DNA of 11,814 nucleotides from Waddliaceae bacterium (GTDB lineage Bacteria; Chlamydiota; Chlamydiia; Chlamydiales; SLFE01): NCBI GenBank assembly GCA_963783885.1, contig CAWAPJ010000045.1, positions 1 to 11,814 of the forward strand, read 5' to 3'. Shown piece by piece: positions 7,766 to 11,814 of this stretch (position 1 is its first letter; each line of letters starts with the position of its first letter). The notes under the pieces were generated by a model. It saw only the letters and a program-made list of their open reading frames with translations, ran no database searches and was not told where the DNA came from. The position numbers and the translations under genes were made by a program.

Positions 7766-9220
7766 ATGCCAAGACAAGACTGGGAAGTGATTATCGGCCT
7801 GGAAATCCACTCCGAGCTGAATACACAATCAAAACTCTTCAGCGTCGCGCCCAACCGTTTCGGCGATGAGCCCAATACAAATATTACCGAAGTTTGCACC
7901 GGCATGCCGGGCGCTCTTCCGGTTCTGAATAAAGAAGCTGTCCGCAAGGCTGTGCAGTTCGGCTGCGCCATCAATGGCGAAGTAGCCCATTTCAGCAAAT
8001 TCGACCGCAAATCCTACTTTTATCCGGACAGCCCCCGCAACTTCCAGATCACTCAGTTTGACGAGCCCATCATCTGGGGCGGAGAAGTCATCTGCGAAGT
8101 CGAGGGCGAGGAGAAAGCTTTTGCCGTCAACCGCGTCCATCTCGAAGACGACGCCGGCAAGCTTACCCACTTCGGAAATTTTGCCGGCGTCGATTACAAC
8201 AGAGCCGGCGTTCCCCTCATCGAGATTGTCTCCGAGCCCTGTATCCACAGCGCCAAAGAGGCTGTCGCCTATGCTATGGCCATCAAAGCCATTCTGCAGT
8301 ACTTAGACGCCTCCGACTGCAACATGGAAGAGGGGTCTCTTCGCTTCGACGTCAACGTCTCCGTCCGTCCCAAGGGAGAAGAAGGGTTCCGCAACAAGAT
8401 TGAAATCAAAAATATGAACTCCTTTACCTTTATGGAAATGGCGATCGAATCGGAAATCAAACGGCAGGTCCTCGCCTATCAAAACGAACCAAATAAAGAC
8501 CCTGCCGAAGTAATTACCCAGGCCACATACCGCTGGGATCCCGACAGCAAGCAAACCGTCCTGATGCGCCGGAAAGAATACGCCGAAGACTACCGTTATT
8601 TTCCCGAGCCGGATCTTCCCCCAATCATTCTCGTCCAAGATTACATTGAAAAAATCCGCTCCCAGCTTCCCGAGCTCCCCTTGCAAAGAGAAAGGCGCTA
8701 CGTCAATGAACTCAAGCTCAATCCCGAACTCGCGTTCATTTTAACCAGCGACAAACCCCTGGCAGACTATTTTGAAATTTGTCTCAAAACCTGCTCCAAT
8801 GCCCGCGCCCTCTCCAACTGGCTCGTTGTCGAGTTTGCCGGGCGGCTTAAAGAATCGGGAAAAAGCCTTATCGACACAAAAATCCCTGCCCAAGACATCG
8901 CAATGCTCGTGAATCTCATCGACAAAGGCGCGATCACGGGGAAAATCGCCAAGAAAGTGGCTGACGACATGCTTGAAAAACCCCAAAAAGGACCCGAGCA
9001 AATCATCAAAGAGAACCCCGACTACCAGCCCTTAAGCGACCTTGGAGAAATTGAGTCCCTCGTCGACCAAGTCATCGCCGAAAACCAGCAATCGGTCGAC
9101 GACTACAAAAGCGGCAAAGAGCGCGCATTCAAGTTCCTCATGGGTCAAGTGATGAAACTCTCGCGCGGCAAAGCCGACCCCCAGGCGGTCAATACCCTAC
9201 TCAAACAAAAGCTTCAGTGA
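7766..9220 (+). CDS. gatB: Asp-tRNA(Asn)/Glu-tRNA(Gln) amidotransferase subunit B
   Basis: [104 protein letters not shown] at 7756-7760. Confidence 0.99.
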   Translation: MPRQDWEVIIGLEIHSELNTQSKLFSVAPNRFGDEPNTNITEVCTGMPGALPVLNKEAVRKAVQFGCAINGEVAHFSKFDRKSYFYPDSPRNFQITQFDEPIIWGGEVICEVEGEEKAFAVNRVHLEDDAGKLTHFGNFAGVDYNRAGVPLIEIVSEPCIHSAKEAVAYAMAIKAILQYLDASDCNMEEGSLRFDVNVSVRPKGEEGFRNKIEIKNMNSFTFMEMAIESEIKRQVLAYQNEPNKDPAEVITQATYRWDPDSKQTVLMRRKEYAEDYRYFPEPDLPPIILVQDYIEKIRSQLPELPLQRERRYVNELKLNPELAFILTSDKPLADYFEICLKTCSNARALSNWLVVEFAGRLKESGKSLIDTKIPAQDIAMLVNLIDKGAITGKIAKKVADDMLEKPQKGPEQIIKENPDYQPLSDLGEIESLVDQVIAENQQSVDDYKSGKERAFKFLMGQVMKLSRGKADPQAVNTLLKQKLQ

Positions 9221-9455
9221 AAACTTACGCATAGTTTGAGGAAGAATAACCCCTGTACAATCTAAGACTCGACCAGATGGGATCCTGTCCAACTATAAAA
9301 ACGGCAACTTTCCACAATTTTATGAGAAATTGCTTTAGAGACAATGGAAATTAGGTAAAATAACTCAAAAATTAGTCTTGATATTTTTTTAAATTTATAA
9401 AATCTTAATATTGTTTTATTATAATTATTTTAAATAATATTTTAAGAGGTTATAA

Positions 9456-10187
9456 ATGTCAGGTATTTCATTTTCTTCAGGATTTAGTAAAGTGGCCGTT
9501 CAAACAGATAAAATTTGCGATTATATACCGGTAGTAAGCACTGTCACTAATCTTGTAGATATATTTGAGACATGTGTTTGCAAATGTTTTAAAAGTAACA
9601 GCACGATCTCTCAAAATCGATATTTTTCTTATATTCAAAATAAGCCATTTTGGCGCTCAGCGGTTTTGCTTATTCCTGTTTTAGGCAACATTGCCATTGG
9701 TATTTATGACTTTAAACGATACACGAAAGCAAAAAAAGTAATCGAGGAAACAAAAGGAGCATTCAAGAATTCAATAGAAGCACTCGAGAATGCAACAAAA
9801 GCACTCGAGAATGCAACAGAAGCACTCGAGAATGCAATGGTAGCACTCGATAGAGCAACAGAAGCATTGGATAAAGCAACAGAAAAAAACAACGAAGAAC
9901 ACCTGAAGACAGCCAAAGAGGCAGTAAAAGAAGCAGAAGAAGGATTCCAGAAAACAGCAAAACTATATGAAGAAAAAAGAAAATTACAGCCATATAAAGA
10001 TAATTTGCACGAAATGAAGTTAAGAATAGAACAACATGGACTGTTAAATTTATTACCTAAAGAATGCCTATTCCAGAGAACAGAAAATACATTCCAGGTA
10101 GTTGAAGAAAAATTCGAGAAAGTTGGAGCAATGCGGCAGAGATTTAATAAAAGTCTGCAAAAAATTAAGTCCAAAGTTGATACTTGA
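9456..10187 (+). CDS. Hypothetical protein with hydrophobic N-terminal module and long coiled coil; putative secreted or inclusion-associated protein, 243 aa
   Basis: AGAGGT SD at 9445-9450. Ser-rich N-terminus, two IPV-containing hydrophobic segments (DYIPVVSTVTNLVDIF; AVLLIPVLGNIAIGIY), then K/E/A-rich heptads. Function is inferred only. Confidence 0.85.
   Translation: MSGISFSSGFSKVAVQTDKICDYIPVVSTVTNLVDIFETCVCKCFKSNSTISQNRYFSYIQNKPFWRSAVLLIPVLGNIAIGIYDFKRYTKAKKVIEETKGAFKNSIEALENATKALENATEALENAMVALDRATEALDKATEKNNEEHLKTAKEAVKEAEEGFQKTAKLYEEKRKLQPYKDNLHEMKLRIEQHGLLNLLPKECLFQRTENTFQVVEEKFEKVGAMRQRFNKSLQKIKSKVDT
9777..9881 (+). repeat. Five in-frame 21-bp tandem repeats encoding coiled-coil heptads
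   Basis: Unit GAAGCACTCGAGAATGCAACA; translation EALENAT/KALENAT/EALENAM/VALDRAT/EALDKAT, with the first three copies near-identical and the last two diverged. Confidence 0.95.
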
Positions 10188-10281
10188 TTTTCTAATTATC
10201 CTGAATATCGATATACTATAAAAATAAAAGGGACTTGTGCCACCACCCGCCCCAAGGGAGAAAAAAGATTCCGCGACAAAT

Positions 10282-10344
10282 TGGGCACTGATCAATAAAT
10301 TACAGATGTTTTCGGCCTTATGGGGAATTTTGCAATAGTGCCCA
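10282..10344. mobile_element. Possible miniature IS6-family-like element or IS end remnant (63 bp)
   Basis: Terminal inverted repeat TGGGCACT (10282-10289) / AGTGCCCA (10337-10344). The right end reads GGCACTATTGCAAA on the minus strand, 13/14 identical to the IS26 IR GGCACTGTTGCAAA. No target duplication or transposase seen. Confidence 0.35.
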
Positions 10345-10430
10345 TCCAAAACAAAAAACTTTTCCATATTCTTAGCCAAGAATTCCTCAATCCTGTAAAC
10401 TTTCATTTTTATTTTAACAGGGGGAACAGG

Positions 10431-10877
10431 ATGAATCTACTTAACTATTACATGGGTTGGGAACAGCCAAGGGAACCGACATTTCTTGATGGTGTGAATG
10501 AAAAACTCGATAACTGTAAAACTTTAATTGAAAATTATCAGATCTACGAAAACGCTGACAAGATCGCCGGTTTGGCTTTTGCCATTACCCAGCTTGCCAG
10601 CCGTTTCTGGCTAACTTTGGGAGGGTCGGTTGCGGGATTTTTCCTAGGATTGGCCATTGACCGCTACAGCACCCAAATTCCTCCCGAGGTCCAGGAAATT
10701 GCTAAAAAAATTCAAGACATCTGGGCCGATCAAGGGGTCCGTATCTCAGCTTATGTTGTAGGATTAATTTTATTATTTGCATTTCCCGACCAGACGTCTC
10801 TTATGACTTCTTTGGGGGCAGGTGCTTATACGTTTTCGGTAATCACAAATTATCTACCGGAAAAAAAACAAATCTGA
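10431..10877 (+). CDS. Hypothetical membrane protein with two hydrophobic hairpins (Inc-like), 148 aa
   Basis: ATG at 10431 preceded by an AGGGGG SD-like run (10419-10424). Hydrophobic blocks IAGLAFAITQLASRFWLTLGGSVAGFFLGLAI and ISAYVVGLILLFAFPDQTSLMTSLGAGAYTFSVI are separated by the amphipathic helix EVQEIAKKIQDIW. Confidence 0.8.
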   Translation: MNLLNYYMGWEQPREPTFLDGVNEKLDNCKTLIENYQIYENADKIAGLAFAITQLASRFWLTLGGSVAGFFLGLAIDRYSTQIPPEVQEIAKKIQDIWADQGVRISAYVVGLILLFAFPDQTSLMTSLGAGAYTFSVITNYLPEKKQI

Positions 10878-10921
10878 TATTATTGTCTCTTATTATTTTT
10901 TTATAAAACTAGGAGATAATA

Positions 10922-11340
10922 ATGCACTACGTTAAAGACGCAACTGTTTCTACTATAAAATTTTTAGATAATCATTTAACTCCCAGATTCAATTATGATA
11001 ATCTTAACCGAACAACCGCTCAAAAGGTGATTGATGTCGCCGCCTGCACATTTGTCATGTTTGCCGGAGTCGTCTCATTTATTGCGTTTCCTCAATTGAC
11101 TTTAGCCGGTTTTGTATTCGGGCATATTTTCCGCCACCAACTTAGAGAAGGATCGCAGGACTTCGGAATACCTTTCAGAAGGTCAACATTGTCGCCAAAG
11201 CAATGATCCTGGTTGTCGCTTTTGCTTCCTGGCCCTACCTTTACCTTGCCGTGCCTCCTATCATCGGATGCTATGTCGGCTGGCAGACATCAGACAGATC
11301 AGCGGATGACAATTACTTTTTACATCCAAACAAAAGCTAA
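10922..11340 (+). CDS. Hypothetical membrane protein with two hydrophobic hairpins, frameshifted as written (~139 aa if repaired)
   Basis: AGGAG SD at 10911-10915. The ORF 10922-11206 holds hairpin 1. The -1 frame, open from 11146 to TAA 11338-11340, supplies IAGLRNTFQKVNIVAKAMILVVAFASWPYLYLAVPPIIGCYVGWQ..., consistent with one missing base near 11150. Confidence 0.7.
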
Positions 11341-11814
11341 TTCGTCTGCTCAAAGACAGATATTAAAGCCTTAGTGCTCGCAATCATATTCTTTGGGGGG
11401 AATTTGAAGGCTATTTCCATTAATTCCAGCTTTTTCTTCGTATCTGAAACGATATGGATCAAAGGAATTGTTGCATCAATTGCCCGCATTCTTTTTAAAT
11501 TCCCATACCCACCAGAATAGAAGTGCCCATCATTTCGAAGATTATAGAAGCGATTGATCTAGAGGATGCCTTTGTTCGCCACATAAAATTGAGCCACCTG
11601 GAGAATCTGCTCAGAAGCTACACCTCCAAGGAGATAAATGGGTTCGTGATAGACGATTACTTCTATTTTTTCGCCATCGATCTCGATAAGAAGTTCATTG
11701 AATTGGTCTCTTTTTTCGGGACTGATTCTCCCCCAGCATATCTATCTATCAATAAGGTCACTTTCTAGGAATCATCTCTAATAGTTTTAAACGCTAAAAC
11801 ACGAGGCAAAATAT
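11337..11814 (-). pseudogene. Interrupted 3' part of an unknown minus-strand gene
   Basis: Frame 11741-11337 is open except for one TAG (11561-11559): ICWGRISPEKRDQFNELLIEIDGEKIEVIVYHEPIYLLGGVASEQILQVAQFYVANKGIL*INRFYNLRNDGHFYSGGYGNLKRMRAIDATIPLIHIVSDTKKKLELMEIAFKFPPKNMIASTKALISVFEQTN*. Its stop overlaps the stop of the convergent gene. No family recognised. Confidence 0.45.

Noticed and set aside
5970..9009. Many minus-strand and alternate-frame ORFs over gatCAB
   Set aside because: Antisense shadows expected from biased codon usage in conserved genes.
9223..9231. ACTTACGCA right after the gatB stop, reminiscent of some IS4-family terminal repeats, within a weak AAACT...AGTTT hairpin
   Set aside because: Only 9 bp, no partner TGCGTAAGT or transposase seen in the window, and the hairpin is too weak and lacks a U-tract to call a terminator.
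9704..10406. Minus-strand ORFs 9704-10174, 9763-9993 and 10068-10406
   Set aside because: Antisense to the repeat-rich 9456 gene or spanning intergenic DNA; their repetitive peptides mirror the 21-bp repeat.
10320..10430. 37-aa N-terminal extension of the 10320-10877 ORF
   Set aside because: Starts inside the inverted-repeat element; the ATG at 10431 has an SD-like sequence and matches the size of the neighbouring similar gene.
10282..11531. Second AGTGCCCATC at 11522-11531 that could pair with TGGGCACT at 10282 to bracket the two membrane genes
   Set aside because: Only 8-10 bp, lacks the TTGCAA part of the IS6-like end, and lies inside a probable coding frame; compatible with chance.
11523..11768. 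Plus-strand 81-aa ORF in the track
   Set aside because: GTG start without SD and in codon register antisense to a longer, more protein-like minus frame; probably a shadow, though not excluded.
1..11814. tRNA, rRNA, riboswitch, integrase or transposase genes
   Set aside because: No recognisable signature by eye; an Rfam/tRNAscan search was not possible.

Overview
Bacterial genomic window, most likely from an environmental Chlamydiae member (inferred from the GatB/RecD2 sequence style and chlamydia-type membrane proteins; not confirmed by a search). The left half is a tightly packed minus-strand run: Fic/DUF4172-wHTH protein, class III-type CPD photolyase, GT11 fucosyltransferase-like protein with a signal peptide, TIGR01777 epimerase-like protein, and RecD2 helicase (3' end outside the window, two 1-nt frameshifts as written). 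The centre is the divergent gatC-gatA-gatB operon. The right end is an AT-richer accessory segment with a coiled-coil putative effector carrying a 21-bp heptad repeat, a tiny IS6-like inverted-repeat element, two small double-hairpin (Inc-like) membrane proteins (the second split by a frameshift) and an interrupted minus-strand gene missed by the ORF track. The most notable non-coding signal is six copies of a 12-bp motif (consensus ATGAGTTATAGA) arranged as two 12-7-12 palindromes plus two half-sites that bracket and overlap a sigma70/66-type promoter of the fic gene, a candidate autoregulatory operator system. All reading-frame lesions lie near the window ends and may be sequencing errors.
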